Source: an uncultured delta proteobacterium
GTDB lineage: Bacteria > Myxococcota_A > Polyangia > Polyangiales > Polyangiaceae
NCBI GenBank assembly: GCA_963806225.1
Contig: CAWDXG010000004.1
Span: forward strand, 992,001 to 1,056,000
DNA length: 64,000 nt
Reading direction: 5' to 3'
Positions within the stretch are counted from its first letter, which is position 1, and each line of letters starts with the position of its first letter. Positions 9,031 to 18,919 of the stretch are shown here, one piece after another. A program made the position numbers and the translations under genes. The notes below the pieces were generated by a model, which saw only the letters and a program-made list of their open reading frames with translations, made no database searches and had not been told where the DNA came from.

Positions 9031-9813
9031 ATGCTACCGTTGCGGGCCTTGACCGGTCCCTACCGACAGAGCGGGGCGCGCGGGCCGCAGCGCGGCTTTT
9101 TCTGCCCCGGCTGCGGCCGACAGGTGGAGCGCGACCTGCGCCACTGCCCCGAGTGCGGCATCGGCATCGCGACGGTGCGCTGCAGCGCCTGTTTCCACAT
9201 GAACGTGCCGGACGACGCGTTGTGCGGCGCGTGCGGGCAGCCACTGGGGCTCGAGCCAGTCGGCGAACCGACGTACATCCTCTGCACGCGCTGCAAGAAG
9301 CCCATGCAGTCGTTCCGCGGCGGCCCCGGATCGCTCTACGACTGCGGAAGCTGTGGCGGGCAATTCGTCGAGCACCAGCTGCTCCACGACCTGCTCGAGC
9401 GCCGCGAGCGCTACGGCGAAACAGCCCCCCGCCGGGCTCCGCGCTTCGATCCAAGCGGAGACCCCGTCGTGTATGTGAAGTGCCCGCTCTGCCAGATGAC
9501 CATGAACCGCAAGAACTTCGGCCGGTCGAGCGGCGTGATCGTCGATGTGTGCGCGCGCCACGGCACCTGGTTCGACATCGGCGAGCTGCCGCGCGTCCTG
9601 GCCTTCGTGGAGGGCGGCGGGCTCATCGAAGCTCGACGGCGCGAGCAGGACGAAAAAGCGCGGCAGGCCGCACACGAACGCTCTGAGCGGGCCGCCGGGA
9701 ATCTGGGCGCCCTGTCCAGACCTGTGCGACAGGGCCCGTTCCACGACGGCGGGAGCACGGGCGTCGATGGCGCCCTGGGTCTGCTATCGTTTCTCAGGGA
9801 CCTCCTGTCCTGA
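9031..9813 (+). CDS. multi zinc-ribbon protein (double zinc ribbon plus zf-TFIIB-like domains)
   Basis: eight CxxC/CxxH pairs; VIVDVCARHGTWFD.GEL is typical of zf-TFIIB; start uncertain. Confidence 0.8.
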   Translation: MLPLRALTGPYRQSGARGPQRGFFCPGCGRQVERDLRHCPECGIGIATVRCSACFHMNVPDDALCGACGQPLGLEPVGEPTYILCTRCKKPMQSFRGGPGSLYDCGSCGGQFVEHQLLHDLLERRERYGETAPRRAPRFDPSGDPVVYVKCPLCQMTMNRKNFGRSSGVIVDVCARHGTWFDIGELPRVLAFVEGGGLIEARRREQDEKARQAAHERSERAAGNLGALSRPVRQGPFHDGGSTGVDGALGLLSFLRDLLS

Positions 9814-9879
9814 CCGGACCGCGCCCGCGTCGGCTCGACACCGGCGGGCGAAGTGGTCAAATTCGCTGGGTCCAATCCA

Positions 9880-10230
9880 ATGAGCCCGAAAAAGCCGAAC
9901 GAACCCGGAAAAGCGCCGGAACACGAGGATGATCTCGCCGTCGTCGAGCGGCCAAAGACAAAAAAGCCGCGCCGCTACCAGGTGGTCTTGCACAACGACG
10001 ACTACACCACCATGGAGTTCGTGGTGCACGTGCTGATGAAGTTCTTCCACAAGAGCGAAACCGAGGCGACGCAGATCATGCTCCACGTCCATCACAGAGG
10101 GTACGGCATCGTCGGCCTGTTCACGCGCGACGTGGCCGAGTCCAAGGCCGTCCAGGTGACGGACTATGCGAAGGAGCACGGTCATCCGCTCAAGTGCACG
10201 GCGGAACCAGAAGGCTTCGACGAGAACTGA
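9880..10230 (+). CDS. clpS: ATP-dependent Clp protease adaptor ClpS
   Basis: YQVVLHNDDYTTMEFVV, MLHVH..G, HPLKC; directly upstream of clpA. Confidence 0.96.
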   Translation: MSPKKPNEPGKAPEHEDDLAVVERPKTKKPRRYQVVLHNDDYTTMEFVVHVLMKFFHKSETEATQIMLHVHHRGYGIVGLFTRDVAESKAVQVTDYAKEHGHPLKCTAEPEGFDEN

Positions 10231-10250
10231 GGGCAGCCGAGCGACCCGCC

Positions 10251-12569
10251 ATGAAAGTCAGCGCCGAAGTCGAAATTGCCGTCTCCCTCGCCGCCCGCGA
10301 GGCGCAGCGCCGCCGCCACGACATGACCACCGTGGAGCACCTGCTCTATGCCCTGCTCCACGACGACGCGACCACGCGCATCGTCAAGAAGAGCGGCGGC
10401 AACGTTGCAGCGCATCAAGGCCGAGCTCGAGCGCGTGTTCGACGAGGACATGCCGATCAGGCTCCGGAGGAGCATCCGCTCACGCCCGCGCCGTCGCGCG
10501 GGTTCCAGCGAGTGCTGCAACGGGCCGCCATCCACGTGGAGTCGAGCGGAAAGGAGGAGCTGCGCGGCTACAACGTGCTCATCGCGATCTTCGCCGAGGT
10601 GGATTCGCCTGCGGTCCACGCGCTGGAGCTGGGCGGGCTCGGCCGCTACGACGTGGTCAACTACGTCTCGCACGGGGTCAGCACCGATGGCGACGACGAG
10701 CTGGAGGGCGTCACCGAAGGCGAGCTGGACGAGGACGAAGAGGACGAGGAATCCGGCGAGAAGGACCCTCTGGCGCGGTTCGCCGTCAACCTGAACGAGC
10801 GCGCCGAGGCGGGCGACATCGAGCCGCTGGTCGGCCGCGAGAAGGAGCTGCGCCGCGCGATCCAGGTGCTCAGCCGGCGCAAGAAGAACAATCCGATGTT
10901 CGTAGGCGACGCCGGCGTGGGCAAGACGGCCATCGTCGAAGGCCTGGCGGCGAAGATCGCCGCGGGCGAGGTTCCGAAGCCGCTCGAAAACGCCGTCATC
11001 TACGCGTTGGACATGGGCTCGCTGCTGGCGGGGACGAAGTTCCGCGGCGACTTCGAGAATCGCGTCAAGGCGGTGCTCAAGGCGCTGGAGAAGCGGCCCG
11101 GCTCGGTCCTGTTCGTGGACGAGCTGCACACCGTCATCGGCGCGGGCGCTGCCAGTGGCGGCACCATGGACGCGGCGAACATGCTCAAGCCCGCCCTGGC
11201 CAGCGGCAAGCTGCGCTGCATCGGTGCAACCACGTTCGAGGAATTCAGAACCCACCTCGAACGCGACCGCGCGCTGGCCCGCCGCTTCCAGAAGATCGAG
11301 GTGCTCGAGCCCACGCTGGAAGAGACGATCCTGATCCTCAAGGGCCTGCAGCCGCGCTACGAAGAGTTCCACGAGGTGAGCTACACCGAAGAAGCCATCG
11401 AGGCCGCCGGCACGCTTGCTCAACGCCACCTGCACGACCGAAAACTGCCCGACAAGGCCATCGATCTGATGGACGAGGCCGGCGCCGACGCCAAACTGGA
11501 AGAGGGACCGGGCTCGACCGTGGACGTCGACCGTATCGAGGCGGTAGTCGCGCGCATGGCGCAGATCCCGCCGCGCCAGGTGAGCGCCGACGACAAGAGC
11601 GCGCTCAGGAGCCTGGAGGCCGATCTCAAGAAGGTCGTTTTCGGGCAGGACCGCGCCATCCAGGAGCTAGCCACGGCGATCAAGCTCAGCCGCGCTGGGC
11701 TCAGACCGCCGGAAAAGCCCATCGGCTCGTACCTTTTCACGGGTCCCACGGGCGTCGGCAAGACCGAGGTCGCGCGGCAGCTCGCCAGCACGTTGGGCAT
11801 CGAGCTCATCCGCTTCGACATGAGCGAGTACATGGAGCGACACACCGTCTCCCGCCTGATCGGCGCGCCGCCCGGCTACGTGGGCTTCGACCGCGGCGGT
11901 CTACTGACGGAAGCCATCGCCAAGACGCCGCACGCCGTGCTGCTGCTCGACGAGATCGAGAAGGCGCACCCGGACGTATTCAACGTGCTCCTGCAGGTGA
12001 TGGATCACGGCGTGCTCACCGACAACAACGGCAAGAAGAGCGATTTCCGCCACGTCGTGCTGATCATGACCAGCAACGTCGGCGCGGCCGACATCGCGCG
12101 GCGACCGCTTGGTTTCGGCGACCGCTCGACCTCGGGGCGCGAGGACATCGCGATGAAGAGCACATTCAGCCCCGAGTTCAGGAACCGCCTGGACGCGCGC
12201 ATCTCGTTCGATCCGCTGACCCCGGGGGTGATGGAGTACATCGTCGACAAGTTCGTGAAGGAGCTGGGCGAACAGCTGTCCGAGCGCGAAGTGACGGTGG
12301 AGCTGACAGACCGAGCGCGCGTGTACCTGGCCGACAAGGGCTACGACAAGGACAACGGCGCGCGGCCGCTGGCGCGGCTGATGCAGGACGAGCTCAAGCG
12401 GCCGCTCGGCGACGAGCTCCTGTTCGGCAAGCTCGAGCACGGTGGGCACGTCAGCGTGGACTTCCGCGAGGGTGCGATCACCTTCGACATCAAGGGACGC
12501 GACGCGCCCGACGACAAGAAGCGCAACCGCAAGAAGAAGAAGCCGGAGCCGGAGCCCGCTACGTCCTGA
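10251..12569 (+). CDS. clpA: ATP-dependent Clp protease ATP-binding subunit ClpA (about 20 codons out of frame at 10404-10465)
   Basis: two AAA modules ([16 protein letters not shown]), [19 protein letters not shown]; paired with clpS. Confidence 0.95.
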   Translation: MKVSAEVEIAVSLAAREAQRRRHDMTTVEHLLYALLHDDATTRIVKKSGGNVAAHQGRARARVRRGHADQAPEEHPLTPAPSRGFQRVLQRAAIHVESSGKEELRGYNVLIAIFAEVDSPAVHALELGGLGRYDVVNYVSHGVSTDGDDELEGVTEGELDEDEEDEESGEKDPLARFAVNLNERAEAGDIEPLVGREKELRRAIQVLSRRKKNNPMFVGDAGVGKTAIVEGLAAKIAAGEVPKPLENAVIYALDMGSLLAGTKFRGDFENRVKAVLKALEKRPGSVLFVDELHTVIGAGAASGGTMDAANMLKPALASGKLRCIGATTFEEFRTHLERDRALARRFQKIEVLEPTLEETILILKGLQPRYEEFHEVSYTEEAIEAAGTLAQRHLHDRKLPDKAIDLMDEAGADAKLEEGPGSTVDVDRIEAVVARMAQIPPRQVSADDKSALRSLEADLKKVVFGQDRAIQELATAIKLSRAGLRPPEKPIGSYLFTGPTGVGKTEVARQLASTLGIELIRFDMSEYMERHTVSRLIGAPPGYVGFDRGGLLTEAIAKTPHAVLLLDEIEKAHPDVFNVLLQVMDHGVLTDNNGKKSDFRHVVLIMTSNVGAADIARRPLGFGDRSTSGREDIAMKSTFSPEFRNRLDARISFDPLTPGVMEYIVDKFVKELGEQLSEREVTVELTDRARVYLADKGYDKDNGARPLARLMQDELKRPLGDELLFGKLEHGGHVSVDFREGAITFDIKGRDAPDDKKRNRKKKKPEPEPATS

Positions 12570-12657
12570 GCTGAACGCCGCTCAGCCGGCTCCGCCGTCG
12601 CGCTCGAGCGCGCAAGCCCACTTGCTGTTGTGGCACGTGCACGACGCTTGCCATAGG

Positions 12658-13419
12658 CTACGCGCAGGCGGGGCAGCCGATTGGACAGGTCGTCTGGCCC
12701 GCGCTGGGCGTGATGCACTTCGGATACGGCGACGAGGGGCCGCCCTGCTCCACCATGCAGCACAGCTGGCCACTGGTGCAGAACGTGTTGCCGCAGCAGA
12801 ACTGACCGGCGGGGGGCTGCTTCTGCACGGCACACGGCGGCGCGCTGCACGCCGTGCCGCCCGGCGCGTAGCCGCAGTACGGATGCGCGCCGCCGCAGGC
12901 GTTGCCGCAGCTGCCGCAGTTGTTGATGTCGTTGGCGGTGTTGACGCAGCCGCCGCTGCAGCAGGTGAGACCAGGACCGCAGTTGCCGCTCGGGCCGCAC
13001 CCCGGGCCGCCGCCGCTGCCGCCGCTGCCTGTGCTGCACTGCCAGTGACCGGCGTGGCAGGTGCACGACATACCGCTGCCCGGTCCGGCAGTGCCGCATC
13101 CCATGCCTTCCTGGCAGCACGGCGCGCCGTCCGGACCGCAGGTGCCCGGATCTATGCAGCCGCCGCTGCCGCCGGTGTTGCCGCCGCTGCCGCCGGTGTT
13201 GCCGCCGCTGCCGCCGGTGCTGCCGCCGCTGCCACCCTTCGCGCCGCTGCCTCCCGAACCGCCGCTAGTGCCTGCACCGCTACCGCCGCTGGACGTAGCG
13301 CCGCTACCGCCACTGCCGCCGGAGCTGTTGCCACTCGTCGTGGAGCCGCCGCATGCGCCCACGCCGGAGACGGCGATCACCGAAAGCCAGAACAGAACCG
13401 GAAAGCGATAATGAAGCAC
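12658..13419 (-). CDS. Gly/Cys-rich lipoprotein (paralog B)
   Basis: GTG start after SD GAAAGGA; signal peptide ending VGAC; GGSGG linker; DGAPCC module and NDINNCGSCGNAC motif. Confidence 0.8.
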   Translation of the reverse strand: MLHYRFPVLFWLSVIAVSGVGACGGSTTSGNSSGGSGGSGATSSGGSGAGTSGGSGGSGAKGGSGGSTGGSGGNTGGSGGNTGGSGGCIDPGTCGPDGAPCCQEGMGCGTAGPGSGMSCTCHAGHWQCSTGSGGSGGGPGCGPSGNCGPGLTCCSGGCVNTANDINNCGSCGNACGGAHPYCGYAPGGTACSAPPCAVQKQPPAGQFCCGNTFCTSGQLCCMVEQGGPSSPYPKCITPSAGQTTCPIGCPACA

Positions 13420-13441
13420 AGCGAGATCCTTTCTCGAAAGA

Positions 13442-14377
13442 CTACAGACAGGAAGGACACCCGACGGGGCAGGTGCTCTGCGCGTTCGGTGCGTAGCAGC
13501 CCGGATACGGCGACTGCGGTCCGCCCTGCTGCACGTCGCAGCAGAGCTGGCTGTCGGGGCAGAAGCTGTTACCGCAGCAGAACGTGCCCGCGGGCGGCAT
13601 CTGCTGGTTTCCGCAGGGCGGCGCAGTGCACTTGCCGTGGTTGCAGTACGGGTGCGTGCCGCCGCACGCGATGCCACACCCGCCGCAGTTGTGGATGTCG
13701 TTGTCGATGTTCGCGCACGACGTGCCGCAGCACGAGAGACCCATACCGCAACCGTTGATCCCGCAACCGCCGCCGCCCCCGCTGCCTCCCGTGCCGTTGC
13801 AGGCCCAGGTGCCGAACTTGCACGCGCAGAAGCCGGGCTGGCCCGCCTTCGCGCAACCGACACCGTCCTGGCAGCACGGCGCGCCGTCCGGGCCGCAGGC
13901 GGTGCAACCACCGGCGCTGCCGCCGTACCCACCGCTGCCGCCGTACGCGCCGCCGCCACCGTACCCACCGCTGCCGCCGTACGCGCCTCCGCCGCCGTAG
14001 CCGCCACCGCCGCTACCCGAGCAACCGCCGGCGGGACACCAGTCACACACCCAGTGGCCATTCGTGCACGTGCAGCCACTGATGTCCGCTCCGGCACCGC
14101 ATTGCGAGCCTTCAGGGCAGCACGGCGCACCGTCCGTGCACATCGAGCTCGCGCAGCCCCCCGCACCGGTACCGCCCCCACCCGTGGCACCCGAGCCGCC
14201 GGTGGCACCCGAACCGCCGGTGGCACCCGAACCGCCCTGACCGCCGCCGCCGCCGGTCGCCGCTGCCCCACCCGCTCCGGCTCCGCCTCCGCCCGTCACG
14301 TGCCCGCCGCAGGCGCCCAGCCCGGAGACCAGGATCACGGAGAATCCGATCAAGGTGCGGGCATGACGAAGCAACAT
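13442..14377 (-). CDS. Gly/Cys-rich lipoprotein (paralog A)
   Basis: signal peptide ending LGAC; two DGAPCC modules; NDIHNCGGCGIAC motif; clear paralog of the downstream gene. Confidence 0.82.
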   Translation of the reverse strand: MLLRHARTLIGFSVILVSGLGACGGHVTGGGGAGAGGAAATGGGGGQGGSGATGGSGATGGSGATGGGGTGAGGCASSMCTDGAPCCPEGSQCGAGADISGCTCTNGHWVCDWCPAGGCSGSGGGGYGGGGAYGGSGGYGGGGAYGGSGGYGGSAGGCTACGPDGAPCCQDGVGCAKAGQPGFCACKFGTWACNGTGGSGGGGGCGINGCGMGLSCCGTSCANIDNDIHNCGGCGIACGGTHPYCNHGKCTAPPCGNQQMPPAGTFCCGNSFCPDSQLCCDVQQGGPQSPYPGCYAPNAQSTCPVGCPSCL

Positions 14378-14539
14378 CAGACGTCAATCCTATCCGAAAT
14401 CCGTGCCACCAGGCACACGCCGCCGCTTGTCGCTGGGCCCTGTGCGCGGGTCGCGACAGTGTTGCCAGCCCGCGGCAGCGATTGGCACAACCGCTGGCAC
14501 ATCCGCGGCGCGATCAGCCGCAATCCTCGCGAAAAGGGG

Positions 14540-14555
14540 CGGCACGGAACTTGCT
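14540..14555 (+). promoter_or_regulatory. sigma54 (-24/-12) promoter
   Basis: CGGCACGGAACTTGCT matches GGCACG-N4-TTGCW, 13 nt before ATG 14569. Confidence 0.7.
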
Positions 14556-14568
14556 TGATGCGTCCGGC

Positions 14569-14706
14569 ATGACGGTGGACGTGAAGGTCATCCTGCGCAA
14601 CGGCTTCATCGGCTTCGCTCTGGGAGTGGTGGTCATGCTGGGAATCAGCTACGGCGCCCAGACGCTCGGCTCGTCGCCCCCAGCTGCTCCGGCGTCAGCG
14701 CGTTAA
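14569..14706 (+). CDS. small single-pass membrane protein (45 aa)
   Basis: MTVDVKVILRNGFIGFALGVVVMLGISYG...; one hydrophobic helix; dedicated sigma54 promoter. Confidence 0.6.
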   Translation: MTVDVKVILRNGFIGFALGVVVMLGISYGAQTLGSSPPAAPASAR

Positions 14707-14725
14707 CGGAAGGCTACAGGCGCCG

Positions 14726-15799
14726 CTACGGACTGTTCTCGCCGACGGCCAGGTAGGCAATGCCGAGGTACAGCTCGCGCGTCGACGCCTGCGGCATGTG
14801 ACGTTCGAGTGACTCCCAGGGGTGGCGCTCGCCGCGCTCGAGCGTGACGCCGTAGGGACGCATCACGGTGAGCGCCAGATCCATCAGCCGCCGCGGCCAG
14901 CCCGGATTCTTGAGATCGAGCACCACCCAGCGGCCCCCCGACGCCAGCGCGCGGGCCCCGCGCTCGATCACGGCGTCGTAGTCTGGACTCAAGGTGAGCG
15001 CGAGCGTGGACAGGATACCGTTCGTTGCGTGCGGGAACTCGAAGCGCGCCGCGTCGCTCTGCACCAGCTCCACGTTGTCCCAGCCGTGGCGCGCGATGCG
15101 GCGGCGCGCCTGCTCGAGCATGGCATCGGTCAAGTCGACGCCGACGAGCCGCCCGCGCGGACCGATGCGCTGCTGGATGAGCTCGAAGTTGGCGCCGGTG
15201 CCGCAGCCGATCTCGACCACGCTGTCGCCCGGCTTCACGCCCAGCGCGTCGACGGCCATGCGCCGGTAGCGCCGGAGCGGAAATGCGAGCCGATAGAGCC
15301 CGGTCGCCACGTCGTAGCTACCGGCGCGCCGTCGGTAGAGCGCCTGCACCGACGCTGGCTCGTCGCCGAGCTCTTCGGCGACGCGTTCGAGCGAGCGCCG
15401 CACGTCGGAGCGCACGAGCCGCTGCATCAGCGGGCCCAGCACACCCAGCCCGCGCGGCAGCTCGTAGTCGATGTCGACCTCGAGCCGCGTCCCGTGCCCC
15501 GCCGGCGACAGCTCCATGGCGGAACGGAAGCTGCTGCCCGCCAGCGTTCCTTCGTAGCGCACGCGCTCGTCGGGCAACCACTCCACCACGCTCTCGCTCG
15601 CATCCAGCGTGAGAGGCCCGAGAGCCGCCCGCCACTCGAACCCAGAACCTTCACCGGTCGCCTCGGGCGTGGTCACGCGCCCGCTCTGGTAGCCGGACAC
15701 GTAGTCCGGGAAGTGATCCGGATCGGTCACGAAGTCCCACACCTCCGAACGTCCTCTACCCAGCTCGATCGCTTCATTCACGTGTCCCATCTGCTCCAC
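14726..15799 (-). CDS. SRPBCC (START-like) domain fused to class I SAM methyltransferase
   Basis: N-terminal VWDFVTDP..FPDY (polyketide cyclase-like); C-terminal VEIGCGTG, GVDLT..ML and QSDA. Confidence 0.82.
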   Translation of the reverse strand: MEQMGHVNEAIELGRGRSEVWDFVTDPDHFPDYVSGYQSGRVTTPEATGEGSGFEWRAALGPLTLDASESVVEWLPDERVRYEGTLAGSSFRSAMELSPAGHGTRLEVDIDYELPRGLGVLGPLMQRLVRSDVRRSLERVAEELGDEPASVQALYRRRAGSYDVATGLYRLAFPLRRYRRMAVDALGVKPGDSVVEIGCGTGANFELIQQRIGPRGRLVGVDLTDAMLEQARRRIARHGWDNVELVQSDAARFEFPHATNGILSTLALTLSPDYDAVIERGARALASGGRWVVLDLKNPGWPRRLMDLALTVMRPYGVTLERGERHPWESLERHMPQASTRELYLGIAYLAVGENSP

Positions 15800-16442
15800 C
15801 TTCCTGACCTGTGCTGGCTTCGACCATCGCGGCCAGCGCGCCCGTCTCGAAACGAGCCATCATCCGCGCCCAACGCTCCGGCTCGAACGCGCTTTTCGCC
15901 TGCGCCGCCTGGTGCACGGCGCCGAGCACCATGCCGACGATCGCGCCCGCAACTGTGGCGAGCTCCGCCTCGTCGAGCCGCCCGCGCACGAGCTGATGCT
16001 CGAGCAGCTCCCGCGCGCGGTCGCGCATCGCGGACAGGAACACCTCGATCTCGTCGGCGAGCGGCCCCTTGCCGAGCGACGCCGCCAGCATCAGCTCGCG
16101 CACGACGTGTCCGTGCTCGATCAGCACGGTCGCGACCGCGCGGTAGAAGCGTTCGAGCTCTGCTTCCACGTCGGCCGCCTGCTCCGCCCGCGAGAAGTCC
16201 AGCTCCAGCGCGGCGGCGGCCACGGGCGCGAGCAGCTGCCGTGCGAGCTCCCCGAGCGCCGCGTCGATGTCCGGGAAGTAGCGGTAGAAGCTGCCCTGCG
16301 CGACCCCCGCCTCGGCCACCACGCGGGGCACGGTCGCACCGAGCGAGCCGTGCCGATGCACGACGTGATCGAGCGCCAGAAGCAGCTCCGCCCTCCGCTC
16401 TTCCGGTTGGAGCCGCCTGCGCTTCCGGGGCCGCACCACCAT
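15774..16442 (-). CDS. TetR/AcrR family transcriptional regulator
   Basis: RRAELL...ATV..VVAEAGVAQGSFYRYFPD HTH motif; ATG at 16442. Confidence 0.9.
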   Translation of the reverse strand: MVVRPRKRRRLQPEERRAELLLALDHVVHRHGSLGATVPRVVAEAGVAQGSFYRYFPDIDAALGELARQLLAPVAAAALELDFSRAEQAADVEAELERFYRAVATVLIEHGHVVRELMLAASLGKGPLADEIEVFLSAMRDRARELLEHQLVRGRLDEAELATVAGAIVGMVLGAVHQAAQAKSAFEPERWARMMARFETGALAAMVEASTGQEGGADGTRE

Positions 16443-16471
16443 CACTAATGACATATATGTCATTAGTGATG
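16440..16471. promoter_or_regulatory. 32-bp perfect AT-rich palindrome, probable TetR operator
   Basis: CATCACTAATGACATA|TATGTCATTAGTGATG, overlapping the TetR start codon. Confidence 0.85.
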
Positions 16472-16507
16472 CGCGCGCAACCCTGCGCCGGCACCGATCG
16501 GCAGGAA

Positions 16508-17761
16508 TCAGCGCGAGCCGGCCAGATCCGTGAGCCCGCGCTCCCGCGCGTTGACCAGGATCGACATGTTGCCGTTGGGGTGCTTGTTCTCGCGCATCAG
16601 CTGGTGCGCGTCGCCCGTCTCGTTGAACTCGAACACGCGCGACAGACACGGATCGACCTTGCCCGCGGTCACCAGATCGTTGATGCCCTTCGCTTGGTCG
16701 TCGTTCGCGAAGTGCGAGCCCTGCAGGCGCTTCTGGCGCATCCAGTGGTAGCGCAGGTCGAGCGTCGCGTTGTAGCCGGTAGTGCCCGCGCAGATCACGA
16801 CCATCCCGCCGGTGTCGCATACGAACACGCTGGTCGGTACCGTCGCCTCACCCGGGTGCTCGAACACGATCGCCGGGTTCTGCTTTTCGCCGAGCGCGTC
16901 CCAGAACGCGCGCCCGAACTTCCTGGCGCCCTTCAGCCACCGCCCGTAGCCGGCATCGTCCTTCCAGTGCGGAAGCATGCCCCAGTGACTGAACTCCTTG
17001 CGGTTCATGACACCCACCGCGCCGAGCTCCTTGCAGTAGGCGACCTTGTCCTCGCTGCTGACCACCGCGACCGGCTTGGCGCCCGCTGCCTTGACGATCT
17101 GGATCGCCATCGAGCCGAGCCCGCCTGCTCCGCCCCAGATGAGCACCGCATCGCCCGCCTGCACCTCGTTGCCGGCCCAGCCGTGCAGCATGCGGTAGGC
17201 CGTGGCGCCGACCAGCATGTAGGCCGCGGCTTCTTCCCAGCTCAGCTTGGGAGGCTTGGGCAGGCACTGGTGGTCCTGCACCTTGGTGAACTGGGCGAAG
17301 CTGCCCCAGTTGGTCTCGTAGCCCCAGATCTTCTGGCTCGGCGCCAGCATCGGGTCCTTGCCGGCCTTCACGTGCGGGTCTTCCGGATCCCACCAGCCGC
17401 AGTGCACGACGACCTCGTCGCCGACCTGGACGTTCTTCACGTCGCTGCCGACCTTCCACACGACGCCGCTCGCGTCGGAGCCGCCGACGTGGAAGTCCTC
17501 CTCGGCCCCAGCCTTCTGGCGCGCCTTGATCACGTCGATCGGCACACCGAGCGCCGCCCACACGTTGTTGTAGTTCACGCCGGCAGCCATCACGTACACG
17601 AGCACGTCGCGGGGCCCCAACGCGGGCACCGGCACCTGCTCCAACCTGAAGGCGTCCTTCGGCTCTCCGAAGCGATCCGGGCGGATGACCTGCGCGTGCA
17701 TGCGCGCCGGCACTTCGCCCAGCTCCGGAATCTCCCCCAGCTCGTAGATTTCCTTCGCCAT
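16508..17761 (-). CDS. ccr: crotonyl-CoA carboxylase/reductase
   Basis: [52 protein letters not shown]. Confidence 0.95.
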   Translation of the reverse strand: MAKEIYELGEIPELGEVPARMHAQVIRPDRFGEPKDAFRLEQVPVPALGPRDVLVYVMAAGVNYNNVWAALGVPIDVIKARQKAGAEEDFHVGGSDASGVVWKVGSDVKNVQVGDEVVVHCGWWDPEDPHVKAGKDPMLAPSQKIWGYETNWGSFAQFTKVQDHQCLPKPPKLSWEEAAAYMLVGATAYRMLHGWAGNEVQAGDAVLIWGGAGGLGSMAIQIVKAAGAKPVAVVSSEDKVAYCKELGAVGVMNRKEFSHWGMLPHWKDDAGYGRWLKGARKFGRAFWDALGEKQNPAIVFEHPGEATVPTSVFVCDTGGMVVICAGTTGYNATLDLRYHWMRQKRLQGSHFANDDQAKGINDLVTAGKVDPCLSRVFEFNETGDAHQLMRENKHPNGNMSILVNARERGLTDLAGSR

Positions 17762-17822
17762 ACCGGGCGCGCATCCTATAGCGCACTGCGCAATAACGCC
17801 AGCCCGGCCGCCCCGTGGCGGC

Positions 17823-18872
17823 CTAGAAGCCGTATGCGGCTTTCATCTCCGGGTCGCGTTCGGCGATGACGCGGGCGAAGTCGAGCATGACCTGGCACTG
17901 CTTGTAGGTGGCGTCGTCCTGCATCTTGCCGTCGATCATCACGGCGCCGCTGCCGTCGCCCATGGCCTCGACCACGCGGCGGGCCCACGCGACCTCCTCC
18001 GGCGGCGGGCTGAACACCTTCTTCGCGATCTTGATCTGCACGGGATGCAGCGACCACGCGCCCACGCAGCCCATCAGGAACGCGTTGCGGAACTGATCCT
18101 CGCACGCGACGGTGTCGGCGATATCGCCGAAGGGGCCGTAGAACGGCAGGATGTCGTGCGCCGTGCAGGCGTCGACCATGCGCGCCAGCGTGTAGTGCCA
18201 CAGATCCTGCTGCGCGGTCGGCCGCGGCGCCTCGGCATGGTCCGGGTCCGGATCAGCACGCACCAGGTAGCCCGGATGTCCGCCGCCCACGCGCGTCGTC
18301 TTCATACGGCGCGACGCGGCGAGATCCGCCGGGCCCAGGCTGAGCCCCTGCATGCGCGGGCTCGCTGCGCAGATCTGCTCGACCTGGTTCACGCCCGAAG
18401 CCGTCTCGAGGATGGCGTGGACCAAGAGCGGGCGCTTCAGCTGGTGGCGGGCCTCGAGCTGCGCCAGCAGCTGGTCGACGAAGTGGATGTCCTCCGGACC
18501 CTGGACCTTGGGCACCATGATGACCTCGAGCTGGTCGCCAATCTCGCCGACCAGACGCATCACATCGTCGAGGAACCAGGGGCTGTCCAGGGCGTTGACC
18601 CGCGTCCAGAGCTGGGCGCCGCCGCCCTTCCACTCCTTGCCGATCTTCACCAGGCCTTCGCGCGCGTCGACTTTCCGGTCCGACTGCACGCCGTCCTCGA
18701 GGTTGCCGAGCAGGACGTCGACCTTTCCCGCCAGATCCGGCACCTTCGACACCATCTTCGCGTTCGAGGGGTCGAAGAAATGGATCATCCGGGCCGGTTT
18801 GAACGGGATCTCGCGCGGCGGCTCGGGAGCACCAATGGCCAGCGGTTTGAAGAATTCGCGATGGCTTCGCAT
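17823..18872 (-). CDS. mcl: malyl-CoA/beta-methylmalyl-CoA lyase (Chloroflexus MCL-type, CitE family)
   Basis: [63 protein letters not shown]. Confidence 0.85.
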   Translation of the reverse strand: MRSHREFFKPLAIGAPEPPREIPFKPARMIHFFDPSNAKMVSKVPDLAGKVDVLLGNLEDGVQSDRKVDAREGLVKIGKEWKGGGAQLWTRVNALDSPWFLDDVMRLVGEIGDQLEVIMVPKVQGPEDIHFVDQLLAQLEARHQLKRPLLVHAILETASGVNQVEQICAASPRMQGLSLGPADLAASRRMKTTRVGGGHPGYLVRADPDPDHAEAPRPTAQQDLWHYTLARMVDACTAHDILPFYGPFGDIADTVACEDQFRNAFLMGCVGAWSLHPVQIKIAKKVFSPPPEEVAWARRVVEAMGDGSGAVMIDGKMQDDATYKQCQVMLDFARVIAERDPEMKAAYGF

Positions 18873-18919
18873 GTCAGAGGGCTTGATCACTTTGTGACGC
18901 GACGCAAGCATGCAGAGCC

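Noticed and set aside
12658..14271. 537-aa ORF spanning both Cys-rich genes
   Set aside because: The upstream half is an alternative frame of paralog A; paralog B has its own SD, GTG and signal peptide at 13419
14394..14409. Sigma54 promoter for Cys-rich paralog A
   Set aside because: Good -24 box (TGGCACG) but the -12 reads GG rather than GC; left uncalled
14822..17869. Long opposite-strand or alternative-frame ORFs (also 24487-26496, 43034-45286, 45131-47581, 53756-56020, 59885-62152)
   Set aside because: Typical high-GC shadow ORFs overlapping well-supported genes, with no motifs
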